Positions 9,340-18,908 of a stretch of DNA of 64,000 nt are shown one piece after another. Position 1 is the stretch's first letter; each line of letters opens with the position of its first letter. The stretch covers positions 1 through 64,000 of the forward strand of contig JBGCFM010000054.1 in the NCBI GenBank assembly GCA_045106895.1. Direction: 5' to 3'. Source of the stretch: Polyangiales bacterium (lineage in GTDB: Bacteria; Myxococcota_A; Polyangia; Polyangiales; Houyiibacteriaceae). A model generated the notes under the pieces. That model saw nothing but the letters and a program-made list of their open reading frames with translations. It did no database searches and was not told the origin of the DNA. The position numbers and the translations under genes are program-made.

Positions 9340-10464
9340 TCAGGAGAGGATCCCGCGGGCGCGGAGCACGGCGGCGATCTCCGTTTGGCGTGCTTCTAGC
9401 TCCGCTGGGTCTTTGACCGGCTGGAAGCGTGCGTCCGCACCTTCGCGTTGAACGCGGAAGAACGCCGAAGGCATGAGCGCGCTGAGTTCGCCGACGAGGC
9501 GCTCGAACTGAATCACCGGGTTTCCTTCCACCTTCTTTGTGACGGTGAACCAAGTGAAATCGAAGTCTTGGTCGAGCGCTTCCGTCTCGAAGATGAGGGT
9601 GTTCGTGTTGAAGACCGGAATCGTCTCCTGATCGAAGGAGGGCGGAAAACGAAACCCCTCCACGATCTGAAGCACATCATCGACAAAGGCCGGCGCGCCT
9701 CCGGCGTCGCCTGGCACCTTGGGTGCGTTCTCGACGCTCATGGAGACCTTCGCTTCGCGGTGCATCGCGATGAGCGCGGGATCGAGCGTCGCTGTGAGGT
9801 TGTCGACGTTGCTCATCACGAGCTGCTTGACGCCCGCTTCTCGGAGGCGGCCAAGCGCGCCACTACGTCGAAGCGCCGAAGGCAAATCTCCGTGGCCCGT
9901 TGCGTGGAGCGATGGGTTTCCTGCGGCGTCGAGGAAGAGGTCTCCCTCCGGTGTCAGCCGGGCTGAAATATGTTGCGCGAAGGTGTCCGTAGGACGTGAC
10001 GCGCTTGCGGGCTCGGCGCTGATGGCGTTTCGGATCTCGGCGTCGGTGGCGAAGCTCGTCATGAACAGGATCGGCACCGAGCCACCGGCGCGTGTCGCGG
10101 CAGCTTCCGCGTCCGCGAGCTTGAGCTGAAGGAAAGTCTGATCTCCGATGGCAGGGACGGTGGCTTTGACGACGCCCCCAAATCGCGTCGCCATGCCGCC
10201 GGCCAAAACCACCATCGCGACTTCGCCGGCGGCGATGGCCGCGTTGCCCGCTGCCGTCAGTCGCTCGCGTTCCGGTGTACCAAGCGGGGGCAGATCCACG
10301 ACGTCACCCGCCGAAGGGGCTCGAATGGCCCCTTGGACATGGTTTTCCGACGACTTTGGCTTGTCGGTGGTGATTCGAGCGCGAAGGCCCTCAAAAACCA
10401 CCGGATCGAACCCATACTGTTGAAGGATCTTGAGTGTGTCTGCGTCGAAGATAAGCTCAGCCAT
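9340..10464 (-). CDS. UTP--glucose-1-phosphate uridylyltransferase / UDP-sugar pyrophosphorylase (UDPGP family, eukaryote-like)
   Basis: VLAGGMATRFGG..K, GHGDL, SNVDNL, FNTNTL, QFERLVGEL and RFQPVK. Confidence 0.85.
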   Translation of the reverse strand: MAELIFDADTLKILQQYGFDPVVFEGLRARITTDKPKSSENHVQGAIRAPSAGDVVDLPPLGTPERERLTAAGNAAIAAGEVAMVVLAGGMATRFGGVVKATVPAIGDQTFLQLKLADAEAAATRAGGSVPILFMTSFATDAEIRNAISAEPASASRPTDTFAQHISARLTPEGDLFLDAAGNPSLHATGHGDLPSALRRSGALGRLREAGVKQLVMSNVDNLTATLDPALIAMHREAKVSMSVENAPKVPGDAGGAPAFVDDVLQIVEGFRFPPSFDQETIPVFNTNTLIFETEALDQDFDFTWFTVTKKVEGNPVIQFERLVGELSALMPSAFFRVQREGADARFQPVKDPAELEARQTEIAAVLRARGILS

Positions 10465-10581
10465 GATTGCTTCCGACCGAACCACGTTTGCTTGTCGTTG
10501 TAAATATCAACGAGACTGGACACTCGGGTACAACCGGGCTGAAGATGTTGGAGATGAGAGAGTGCACGCCCTCGCCCAAGT

Positions 10582-10597
10582 AGGCATCAGGATTGCA
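10582..10597 (+). promoter_or_regulatory. Sigma-54 promoter for the YXWGXW-repeat gene
   Basis: AGGCATCAGGATTGCA has GG-N10-GC spacing with TTGCA, and is followed by a strong SD (AAGAGGAGGA). Confidence 0.7.
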
Positions 10598-10629
10598 TAC
10601 TCTCAAGGGGTACCAAGAGGAGGACGGAT

Positions 10630-11298
10630 TTGATGAAGAAGAATTACTGGTTTGGCGTGTCGACCTTGGGGGCTGTGATGGTCCTCGGAGCTCTCAACAT
10701 GGGCTGTTACGTCCGAGCGGCGCCTGCCCGGGCTACCGTTGTATCGAATGCCCAAGTACAGGGCACCGTGGTGTACCAAGCTCCACCCGCAGCCCAGGTC
10801 GTCGCGCAACGTCCACCTGCTCCCTACGGGAACGCGGTTTGGGTTGAAGGGCACTACGAATGGAACGGAGCCCAGCACGTTTGGGTCCAGGGTTATTACG
10901 TTCAGGGCCGCGCCGGTTACTCCTACAACCAACCCCGCTGGGTTCGTCAGGGCAACGGATATGTCTATAACCAGGGCGGTTTTGTTCGGGGCGGGCGCGG
11001 TGGCGTAGTGGTCCAGACACGCCGACAAGCACCTCGTGCACGTCGCGTGGCGCCTCGTCGAGGCGGAGTGGTCGTGCAGACCCGAGGGCGTGGTCGTCGC
11101 ACCGTCGTTCGAAACAATGGCCGTGGCCGAACCGTCGTGCGAACCAACAACCGCGGGACGCGTCAGCGCGCAGTGGTTCAGCCTCGACGCCGCGCTCAGC
11201 CGCGAGGTCGAGCACAGCGGCGCAACAATCGTCGCGGAACCACCACGCGACGCACTACGACACGGCGCGGCGGCCGCGCAGTTCTTCGTGTGAACTAG
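10630..11298 (+). CDS. YXWGXW/WXXGXW-repeat lipoprotein with an Arg-rich tail
   Basis: Lipobox LNMGC; repeats VWVEGHYEWNGAQHVWVQGYY; C-terminal half is R/G/V/T low complexity. Confidence 0.8.
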   Translation: MMKKNYWFGVSTLGAVMVLGALNMGCYVRAAPARATVVSNAQVQGTVVYQAPPAAQVVAQRPPAPYGNAVWVEGHYEWNGAQHVWVQGYYVQGRAGYSYNQPRWVRQGNGYVYNQGGFVRGGRGGVVVQTRRQAPRARRVAPRRGGVVVQTRGRGRRTVVRNNGRGRTVVRTNNRGTRQRAVVQPRRRAQPRGRAQRRNNRRGTTTRRTTTRRGGRAVLRVN

Positions 11299-11308
11299 CG
11301 CGTACACC

Positions 11309-11338
11309 GGTTCACATCCCTTCTTGGGGATGTGAACC
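11309..11338 (+). terminator. Stem-loop after the YXWGXW gene (terminator or stability hairpin)
   Basis: Perfect 12-bp stem GGTTCACATCCC / GGGATGTGAACC with a 6-nt loop; no U-tract. Confidence 0.65.
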
Positions 11339-11494
11339 CGCGTTGATACCGATACTGTCCTCCTGGCGAGGTTCCAAGCAGCAGCTTGGGACCTCGTTTC
11401 AATTGCGCGGGGCACGAGTCGGGAAGAAGAAGTCACCTGTCGCGCGTTTTGCTCAGAAGATGGCCAAAGCGATCGAGGGGGGTAGGGTACAGAG

Positions 11495-14400
11495 ATGGCC
11501 AGGCAGGCGCTGATATCGAAAGCTGGGCTCTGTGCACTCTTGTTCGCTTGCGGGGGCCCCGCGGCTCCAGGCGCGCCTGGGGCTCAAGGAAATGTGGTGC
11601 AAGGCGCGGAAGGTGAAGCCGCCTGCCCGTCGACGCTGCGAATCCCCGCGCCCCTCCCGAACGTTCAGCCGAACGAGCGGACCGAGTCCTATTGGGTTGG
11701 GCGATATGAGGAGGAGGAGCGCGACCTTGATGCCACGCTCTTGAGCGAAGCGGAAATCCAGGCGCACAACACGTCGATGGAGAACGGCGAGCCGCCGCTC
11801 ATGCCAAGTGTTCTCTCGTCGCCGCCGGAGGCTGGGAATATGCGCGCCCAACTCCAAGAGCGTCTCGGTTACATGCGGCAGCGGATCGAGGCGGGCGAGT
11901 ACCTCAACGCGGATGGATCGACGCCCGACGTCGCGAACTTTGCGGTTCCGGGAGAGCTGGACTTGGCGCCTTCGCTGCGAGTTGCCACAGGCATCGTCCC
12001 TGTTCACTGCGGGCCTCGCGCCGAGTCGATTCTCAAGGGCAGCATGGACCCCGATTTCGACCGAAACCTTTGCTTCACCGTTCGTGCTCAGGAGCCCATC
12101 GAGTTGCTTCGGGAGTGGGAGGGCGGACTCCTCCTCGCGAGAACGGACTACGGCCTCGGGTTCGTCGAGGCGAACGCGCCCCTCACGCCTGACGTTGGAA
12201 GCGATGCAGAGGTGCGCCACGCGGTGCTTCACTCGTCACGCAGCACGGTCCGGGAGAGTGCCCTGGTCGCGGGCACCACGGTGCCAGTTGGCGCTTTGCT
12301 TCCGCGAGAGTTTCGGGAGTGCGAAGAGTGTGACGAGCCAGGGATGGAGGCGACGACGAACTTCCTCGTCGCGACCGCAGAAGGGCTGACGCCACGTCCG
12401 GCTACTGAGTTTCGTGTGGAGGCCCCGCAGGCGCTGACGCGGCGAGCGTTCTTGAACGAGGCCTTTTCTCTTTTGGACGAACCTTACGGTTGGGGGGGGC
12501 GCGCCGGGGGGCGCGATTGCTCCCGCGCGCTTATGGACATCTTCGCGCGTTTCGGGCTGCGAGTTCCGCGACATAGCGCTGTCCAGGCGCAAGCTGGGAC
12601 GTACGTCGTGGATGTGAGCGAGATGTCGAACGCCGACAAGGTGCTGCTCTTCGAATCCGCCGCGGAGCAGGGGGTCGTGCTCCTGCACTTTCCTGGTCAC
12701 ATCATGCACTACCTTGGCCTCTCCAACGGACGGCCAATGATCCTTCACTCGTTCAGCGAGTACCTGACGCCCTGCCCAAACAGCGACGATGAAACGGTCA
12801 ACCGCGTCGATCGCGTGGATGTGAGTGACATGACGTTGGGCGAAGGCTCTTCGAGGACGGACTTTCTCTCCCGCACGACCCACGTGACGGTTTTCGGTTC
12901 GACGGCCGGCGCAATCGCCGGCGCTGCGCAACCTCGTTCTGTGGTGCCTCCGTCTTTGCCCGGCGCCGGTGTGATGTGTGACGACGGTCTCGACAACGCG
13001 ATCTTTCGCTCACCGTTTCGCCCGAACCCCACGCAGCCACTTCGTGTGATCGCAACGCTGACGGAAGATCCGGGTCCCGTCGCATTTCAAGTATTTGGGC
13101 CGGACGGCGAGCCTGCGGAAGGAAGCGTCCACGTCCTTGGCGGGCCTCCCTACACTCACTGGTTCGAAATCGAGCGGCCGGTCCCAGGTCGCTACGTGGC
13201 CGTGCTCGGTGACGGTCCGCGAACCGTCGCATGTGAACGCTTTACCGTGGCTCGGTCCCCGCCAGCGCTCTCGCCGCGGGAGCCCGTGGGCCCGGCGTGG
13301 GAGAGCGTGTGGTCCTGGGAGCGCGATACTGAGAACCTCTACTCGGCGTTCGTGGAGCAGCTCTTTCTAGAGCCACGCGATGAAGACCCAACATGGAACA
13401 ACCTTCAAGAGCTGCTCCGGGATCCCGCGCGAAATCTGCTCTTTAATCATCGGCACATGAATGAAGACCTCGAACTGAGGCTGATCCCGGACTGCGCGGA
13501 CCTTCCGTATTTTCTGCGTTCCTACTTCGCATGGAAGGTGAAGTTGCCCTTTGCGTGGCGGCAGTGTCGTCGGGGGCGCGAGGGCCAACCGCCGCTCTGT
13601 GAAGAGGTGCCGAGTTCCAACATGATGGAGGTCGAGGCGAGTTCGGACCTGGATGCATACCGTCAGGCGGTGCGGGTGATCGGGCGAAACGTGCACTCGT
13701 CCACGGACCGCACGCGTCCTTTGGACGAGAATACCGACGTCTATCCGGTTGCCCTCGACCGTTACTCGCTGCGACCCGGGACCATCTTCGCGGATCCCTA
13801 TGGACATATCATCATCATCGCTGGCTGGCGGCCTCAAGGGATCTCCGAGTACGGCGTGCTCGTCGGCGCCGACGCGCAGCCCGACGGGACCGTTGGGCGA
13901 CGTCGTTTCTGGCGCGGGTCGTTTCTCTTTACGCCCGACACCCAGCATTCCGGCGCCGGGTTCAAGGCTTGGCGCCCGGTGCGATACAACCGGCCCGACC
14001 AGGTGATCGAACTTGCCACCAATTCGGAGCTTCGAGACAGCGACGTCTACACACGCATCAGCGAAGAGCAATACGCTGGAAGCGCGGATGATTTCTACGA
14101 CCGTGTGGACGCGCTCATCAACGCGCGGCCGCTGCCGGCGATGGCCGTGATGGAATCCCGCGTGGACGCGCTCCTTGAGTCCGTCGAGCGTCGGATCACG
14201 AGCGTCAACAACGGCGAGGAGTGGGTTGTTGCCCATGGACCACGCATGGAGATGCCTGACGGAGCATCGATTTTTCAAACGGAAGGGCCATGGGAAGAGT
14301 ACGCGACGCCGAGCCGCGACATGCGCCTGCTCATCTCCATCGACGCCGTCGCGAACTTTCCCGCCGCCGTGCGACGCGGGCCCGAACGCTTCGGGATCTC

Positions 14401-14707
14401 TGCGGCGGACGTGGATGTCCGCGTGGCTGAGATCGAAGGGGAGCTTGCGGAGCTTCTCGACGCGCGAAGTGTGCGCTACCGCCGGTCTGACGGGGTGGAG
14501 CAGACGCTCACTTTGGCGGAAGTGGTCGCGCGGGCACGGGGATTGGAGATGGCTTACAACCCCAACGACTGCGTGGAGATCCGGTGGGGGGCGCCCGCAA
14601 ACGGGGACGAGATGCGTTCGTGCCGGCGTCACGCTCCTCCCGCCCAAAGAGCAAAGATGCAACGACTTCGCGAGTGGTTCAGCTCGCGCCAACGTCCCGC
14701 GCGTTGA
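11495..14707 (+). CDS. Large lipoprotein with an NlpC/P60 peptidoglycan peptidase domain and a second papain-like C-terminal domain
   Basis: Lipobox LLFAC; NlpC/P60 motifs PYGWGG..RDCS, PRHSAVQ and GHIMHYLG; a second motif set PDCADLPYFLRSYF..PYGHIIII. Confidence 0.8.
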   Translation: MARQALISKAGLCALLFACGGPAAPGAPGAQGNVVQGAEGEAACPSTLRIPAPLPNVQPNERTESYWVGRYEEEERDLDATLLSEAEIQAHNTSMENGEPPLMPSVLSSPPEAGNMRAQLQERLGYMRQRIEAGEYLNADGSTPDVANFAVPGELDLAPSLRVATGIVPVHCGPRAESILKGSMDPDFDRNLCFTVRAQEPIELLREWEGGLLLARTDYGLGFVEANAPLTPDVGSDAEVRHAVLHSSRSTVRESALVAGTTVPVGALLPREFRECEECDEPGMEATTNFLVATAEGLTPRPATEFRVEAPQALTRRAFLNEAFSLLDEPYGWGGRAGGRDCSRALMDIFARFGLRVPRHSAVQAQAGTYVVDVSEMSNADKVLLFESAAEQGVVLLHFPGHIMHYLGLSNGRPMILHSFSEYLTPCPNSDDETVNRVDRVDVSDMTLGEGSSRTDFLSRTTHVTVFGSTAGAIAGAAQPRSVVPPSLPGAGVMCDDGLDNAIFRSPFRPNPTQPLRVIATLTEDPGPVAFQVFGPDGEPAEGSVHVLGGPPYTHWFEIERPVPGRYVAVLGDGPRTVACERFTVARSPPALSPREPVGPAWESVWSWERDTENLYSAFVEQLFLEPRDEDPTWNNLQELLRDPARNLLFNHRHMNEDLELRLIPDCADLPYFLRSYFAWKVKLPFAWRQCRRGREGQPPLCEEVPSSNMMEVEASSDLDAYRQAVRVIGRNVHSSTDRTRPLDENTDVYPVALDRYSLRPGTIFADPYGHIIIIAGWRPQGISEYGVLVGADAQPDGTVGRRRFWRGSFLFTPDTQHSGAGFKAWRPVRYNRPDQVIELATNSELRDSDVYTRISEEQYAGSADDFYDRVDALINARPLPAMAVMESRVDALLESVERRITSVNNGEEWVVAHGPRMEMPDGASIFQTEGPWEEYATPSRDMRLLISIDAVANFPAAVRRGPERFGISAADVDVRVAEIEGELAELLDARSVRYRRSDGVEQTLTLAEVVARARGLEMAYNPNDCVEIRWGAPANGDEMRSCRRHAPPAQRAKMQRLREWFSSRQRPAR

Positions 14708-14763
14708 TGTCTCGGCAGACGGCGCCCCTTGAACTCACGTGCGGCGCCGATAGAGTCGCGCGT

Positions 14764-15693
14764 ATGCCGCGCTACCACATTGCCGAAACGCTCCCCATCT
14801 CGCTTCCGGCGGAGGAGGTGCACGCAAAGCTCTCCGACTTTCGCGACTGGCCGTCTTGGTCGCCGTGGACCTACATGGAGAAGGCAGTGCGGCTTGAATA
14901 TACCGAGGACGCGGGCGTCGCCGGACACGGGTACTCCTGGGAAGGAGATGTCACGGGCTCGGGTTCCATGACGCTCAAGTCCACCACGTCATCGGAGCTG
15001 GTGATGGATCTGGACTTCGTGAAGCCCTTCAAGTCCCACGCGAAGATACGCTTCGATGTCGTGGCGAAGGGCGACGCGACGGACGTCACGTGGCACATGG
15101 ACGGCAGCATGCCGTTCTTTCTCTTCTGGATGATCCCGACGATGAAAGCGATGCTGGGGTCTGACTTTGCCCGTGGATTGAAGCTCTTCAAGGAGCACGC
15201 AGAGGAGGACGTGGTTCGCTCACGAACGGAGGTCGTCGGTGTGGTGGACGTCGATACGAAGAGTTTCGTCGCGGTGCGCGACACCGTCGCCGTCGCGGAC
15301 TTGGGGCCCTCGATGCGGAAGACTCTGCCGCAGGCGTTCGAGGCTGCGAGCAGCCGTGGGTTTACGCCGGCGGGCCCGCCGATGTCCGTGATCCACAACT
15401 TCGATATGAAGGCTCAACGCTGCGAATACTCCGCGGCGATTCCAGTGAGTGGCGAAGGCAGCGTGAACGCGCCGGCGGAAAAGGGCCGCATTCGAGGCTG
15501 TCGTGCTCTCAAGGTCGTGCACACCGGCGCCTACGAGCATCTTAGCAATGCGTGGGCCACAGCCAAGGCTCACCAGCGCCACCTGAAGCTCAAAGACTCA
15601 AAGGTGCAGGGGCCCTTCGAGGTGTACATGAACGATCCGAGCGACACCGCGGCGGAAGCGCTGTTAACGGAAATCTATTTGCCTATTCGTTAA
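14764..15693 (+). CDS. SRPBCC/START-fold plus GyrI-like small-molecule-binding protein
   Basis: DFRDWPSWSPW..GHGYSWEG..GSGSM (SRPBCC); HTGAYEHLSNAW..FEVYMNDP..TEIYLP (GyrI-like). Confidence 0.85.
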   Translation: MPRYHIAETLPISLPAEEVHAKLSDFRDWPSWSPWTYMEKAVRLEYTEDAGVAGHGYSWEGDVTGSGSMTLKSTTSSELVMDLDFVKPFKSHAKIRFDVVAKGDATDVTWHMDGSMPFFLFWMIPTMKAMLGSDFARGLKLFKEHAEEDVVRSRTEVVGVVDVDTKSFVAVRDTVAVADLGPSMRKTLPQAFEAASSRGFTPAGPPMSVIHNFDMKAQRCEYSAAIPVSGEGSVNAPAEKGRIRGCRALKVVHTGAYEHLSNAWATAKAHQRHLKLKDSKVQGPFEVYMNDPSDTAAEALLTEIYLPIR

Positions 15694-15762
15694 TCTCTAA
15701 CGATCGCTCGGAGAGACTTCACTAGAATGTCAGGCCCGGTCTAGAGCGCGGAGCCCAGCTAC

Positions 15763-16863
15763 ATGAACACGATTTCTCGCGCGTGGCGCACTCTCCTTCT
15801 TGTGTGCGTTGCCTTTTCGATGAGCTGCGGCGTGGAGACCGCCACGTTCGGATCGCGAACGGACCCAATCGTCGGCGGAGTCGAGGTAGGGGTGTGCGGG
15901 TTTCCGACCACGGTGCTCGTCGGCGATGGATGCACCGGCACATTGATTCACCCGCGCGTGGTGGTGACCGCTGCTCATTGCGGCAACCCCCGGACCGTTG
16001 GCTTCGGAGAGCGAGAAGGCGCCACCATCGATCGAAGCGTGACCTGCATGAGCGTTCCCGGAAGCGGCACCGGCGCCGACGTTCAGTTCTGCGTGCTCGA
16101 CGAGCCGATGGAAGCGCTCCCGCTCACGCCGATCCTCTACGGCTGCGAAGTCGATGAGCTTGCCGTGGGCGACGAGGTTGTGATCACTGGTTTTGGGCTC
16201 ACTTCGTTCGGCACCAACACGTTTGGAACGCAACGCTGGAGCTACGCACCGATACGCGATATTCGCAGCGATGTATCGCTCATCGGAACGCCGAGCGCCT
16301 CGGCCTGTCCAGGTGACTCCGGTGGGCCGGTCTTTGTGCGGATGGCGGATTCGACCTGGCGCGTCTTTGGCACCGTGTCCGGCGGCACGACGGGGATTCC
16401 GTGCAATGGCGACGGTGCCTACCCGTTGATTCACCAACACGTTCCTTGGTTCGAGGAGACGAGCGGCATCGACATCACGCCATGTCACGACGTCGACGGA
16501 ACATGGAACCCAGGGCCGGAGTGCACGGGTTTCTTCGCTGGAGATCATTCTGGCGGCCAGCTCTGGGCGGACGCATGCGCTGGCGCGCCAGTCGGCGGGC
16601 CCTCGGCGACGTGCGGGGAAGCGTTCACGGTGGAAGAGCCTGATGCGGGACCGATGATCTCGGACGCGGGCACCGCCGACGCTGGGGCATCGGACGCGGG
16701 CGCTTCGGACGCGGGAAGTGTCGGGGATGCTGGGCCTGGCCCCTTCGACGCGGGCGTCGAGCTCGGCGAAGGGGATGGTGGGTGCGCCGTCGGGCATGGC
16801 TCCACAGCGCCGGCCATCGCGTTTGGCTTCGTGCTCCTGCTGGGTGTTCGAAGGCGCCGCTAG
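15763..16863 (+). CDS. Trypsin-like (S1) serine protease with a MYXO-CTERM-like sorting tail
   Basis: IVGG, CTGTLIHPRVVVTAAHC and ACPGDSGGP; DAG-repeat linker; tail is GGCAVG, a hydrophobic helix, then RRRR. Confidence 0.9.
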   Translation: MNTISRAWRTLLLVCVAFSMSCGVETATFGSRTDPIVGGVEVGVCGFPTTVLVGDGCTGTLIHPRVVVTAAHCGNPRTVGFGEREGATIDRSVTCMSVPGSGTGADVQFCVLDEPMEALPLTPILYGCEVDELAVGDEVVITGFGLTSFGTNTFGTQRWSYAPIRDIRSDVSLIGTPSASACPGDSGGPVFVRMADSTWRVFGTVSGGTTGIPCNGDGAYPLIHQHVPWFEETSGIDITPCHDVDGTWNPGPECTGFFAGDHSGGQLWADACAGAPVGGPSATCGEAFTVEEPDAGPMISDAGTADAGASDAGASDAGSVGDAGPGPFDAGVELGEGDGGCAVGHGSTAPAIAFGFVLLLGVRRRR

Positions 16864-16893
16864 CTTGGTTTCGTGTCGCGAGCAATACGTGCG

Positions 16894-17883
16894 CTAGGCA
16901 CGGAGGAGCCAGTCCACCACCTGTGTCTCCACGCTCTGCCCCTTGGATTCCGGCGAGAGCGGCAAGACTTTTGGAAACCCTACGTGACCACCTTCGCGAA
17001 GCACGACGGTGGTCACTGCAGAGTCATCGCCGGACTGTGCTTTGAGAACGGCTGCGGCGCTCGAGTAGGGGACCATCGGGTCGAACTCGGCGGCGACGAT
17101 GAGTGTCGGGCGCGTGATGTCTTTCAATCTTGGGCCCGCGCTCTGGGACTCCCAATAGTGTTCCGCGTTGTCAAAACCGAAATGCGGTGCGACGACGCGT
17201 GTATCCCACTCGCGAATCGTTTTCGCACCCGCCGCCACCGAAGGAGCGCAGGGGAGGGGGCGTCCACGTTTTGCGTAGGCCGCAAAAATCTCTTTCAACC
17301 CCTTGAGCACGTGGCGCCGATACGGGGCGTACGGCGCGCGGTCGATATGCGCCACGCCGGGGGCGAGCATCACGGGCGGGCAGATGGCGCCAAACGAACG
17401 GACGCGTTCGTCGCTGGGAGCCTCCGCAAAACGAAGCGTGAGGTGACCGCCGAGGGAGTACCCGAGGATGTGAATGCGCCGAAAGTTCGCGAGCGAGTCC
17501 GCCTGAAGCAATTCGTCGAGGTCCTCGCGAAGACCCGCGTGGTAGATATCGTCACCGTTGCGGTTGGCACCCCGAAGGTTGATTCGAAGGCAGGCGGCGC
17601 CTGCGCGAACGGCGGCCCAGGCGGCATCTTTGGTGTAGCCGCTGTGGATGCTGCCGCCGAGACCATGAACGACGATGATCAGCGCCGTGTCCTCATGCGC
17701 CACAGTCTCACTCGGGAGGTGGAGTTCACCGCTGAGGGTGACGTCTCCTACGTTTGCCTTGAAGGTGTGTTGAAAAGGAACCCCCGCCGGCGCTGTCGGT
17801 GGATACAGCGCACGGACAACCTGTGGCGCCAAGGTCCAGTAGTTGCCTTGAATGGCTCCGAAGAGCGCGCGTCGTTTTCCCAT
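16894..17883 (-). CDS. YheT-family alpha/beta hydrolase
   Basis: VVHGLGGS, RINLRG, YHAG, nucleophile GYSLGG, DPMVP and GGHVGF. Confidence 0.85.
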   Translation of the reverse strand: MGKRRALFGAIQGNYWTLAPQVVRALYPPTAPAGVPFQHTFKANVGDVTLSGELHLPSETVAHEDTALIIVVHGLGGSIHSGYTKDAAWAAVRAGAACLRINLRGANRNGDDIYHAGLREDLDELLQADSLANFRRIHILGYSLGGHLTLRFAEAPSDERVRSFGAICPPVMLAPGVAHIDRAPYAPYRRHVLKGLKEIFAAYAKRGRPLPCAPSVAAGAKTIREWDTRVVAPHFGFDNAEHYWESQSAGPRLKDITRPTLIVAAEFDPMVPYSSAAAVLKAQSGDDSAVTTVVLREGGHVGFPKVLPLSPESKGQSVETQVVDWLLRA

Positions 17884-17885
17884 GT

Positions 17886-18740
17886 TCACACGTTTGGGAG
17901 AGTTGCGAGGACCGCCTCGGCGAAGAGGTCGGCGCGCGATGGAAGAGAGAGGGGCGTGCGGCGAACCATGTAGAGCACGCTCGACGACATCTCTTTGGAG
18001 AGACCCAAAGGGGTGAGACCGTTCGCCTTGCCCACGACGACTGGCAGCACCGCAGCGTATGGGGCGCCGGTTCGGACCACGTCGATGGCCACCTGCATAA
18101 GGTCCACGCGAAGTCCGATGCTACGCTTGCGGTCCGCGGGCCAAGCGTCGGGAGTTTGGCCCCGCTCGTCGAGGGTCGGGGCGACGAAGGTCGCGTTCTC
18201 CAGAGTGACCTTCGATGACGCCACAAAGACGTCATGGTCCAGATCCATGATGCGCGTCGTGACGATTCCTTCGTCTTCGATCGCGTCATCGCTGAGGGCC
18301 ACGTCGAGTTGGCCGCGGCGAAGTCGCGCAGAGAGCGAACCATGATTGTGGATATGCACCGTGATGTTGGGGTGCTCTTCGCCCAGCCATCGCATCGCTG
18401 GCACGAGGAAAATAGGCGTGAAAGGGGACGGTGCGCAGCAATGGATGGGCCCACGATGCTCGTCGCCGCTCGCGACCAGCAGGGCTTCGTGGACGACCCG
18501 CATGGCCTCTCGGGTTGCCTGGAGAAACGCCGCGCCGGTGTCGTTGAGGCGAATCTGTCGCCCGGCGCGGTCGAAGAGTTGAGTGCCGATTTCGTCTTCG
18601 AGCAGCCGAATCGTGCGCGAAAGGGACGATGCCGTGATGTTGAGGCGCTTTGACGCGGTTGGCAGGTGTTCGGACTCCGCCACGGCGCGGAACGCGGGAA
18701 GCCAGGACCAAAACGCTGCGAGTCGGCGTACGCGTTGCAC
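17886..18740 (-). CDS. LysR-family transcriptional regulator
   Basis: HTH region AFRAVAESEHLPTASKRLNITASSLSRTIRLLEDEIGTQLFDRAGRQIRLN; divergent from the RND operon. The start codon is approximate. Confidence 0.9.
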   Translation of the reverse strand: MQRVRRLAAFWSWLPAFRAVAESEHLPTASKRLNITASSLSRTIRLLEDEIGTQLFDRAGRQIRLNDTGAAFLQATREAMRVVHEALLVASGDEHRGPIHCCAPSPFTPIFLVPAMRWLGEEHPNITVHIHNHGSLSARLRRGQLDVALSDDAIEDEGIVTTRIMDLDHDVFVASSKVTLENATFVAPTLDERGQTPDAWPADRKRSIGLRVDLMQVAIDVVRTGAPYAAVLPVVVGKANGLTPLGLSKEMSSSVLYMVRRTPLSLPSRADLFAEAVLATLPNV

Positions 18741-18765
18741 TGCCACCCGGTATAGCAAGCTTGGG

Positions 18766-18829
18766 GCGTATTGCCTGCGTTTATGCCGTTTGCGCCGTGC
18801 CCTGGAGGGCGTAAATAGCCTGATAACGC
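18766..18829. promoter_or_regulatory. Two dyad operator-like sites in the divergent LysR/RND promoter
   Basis: GCGT-N13-ATGC at 18766-18786 and GCGT-N13-ACGC at 18809-18829. Confidence 0.45.
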
Positions 18830-18908
18830 ATTCGGTCGTGCGACGACCCACGTACAACCCCCGCTTGCGTAACCTCTTTCCACCTGCCCCTACGGCGGAG
18901 ACCTCACG

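Noticed and set aside
12492..12499. G8 homopolymer as a phase-variation site in the NlpC/P60 gene
   Set aside because: Explained by Trp-Gly-Gly codons of the conserved YxWGG motif; the frame is intact.
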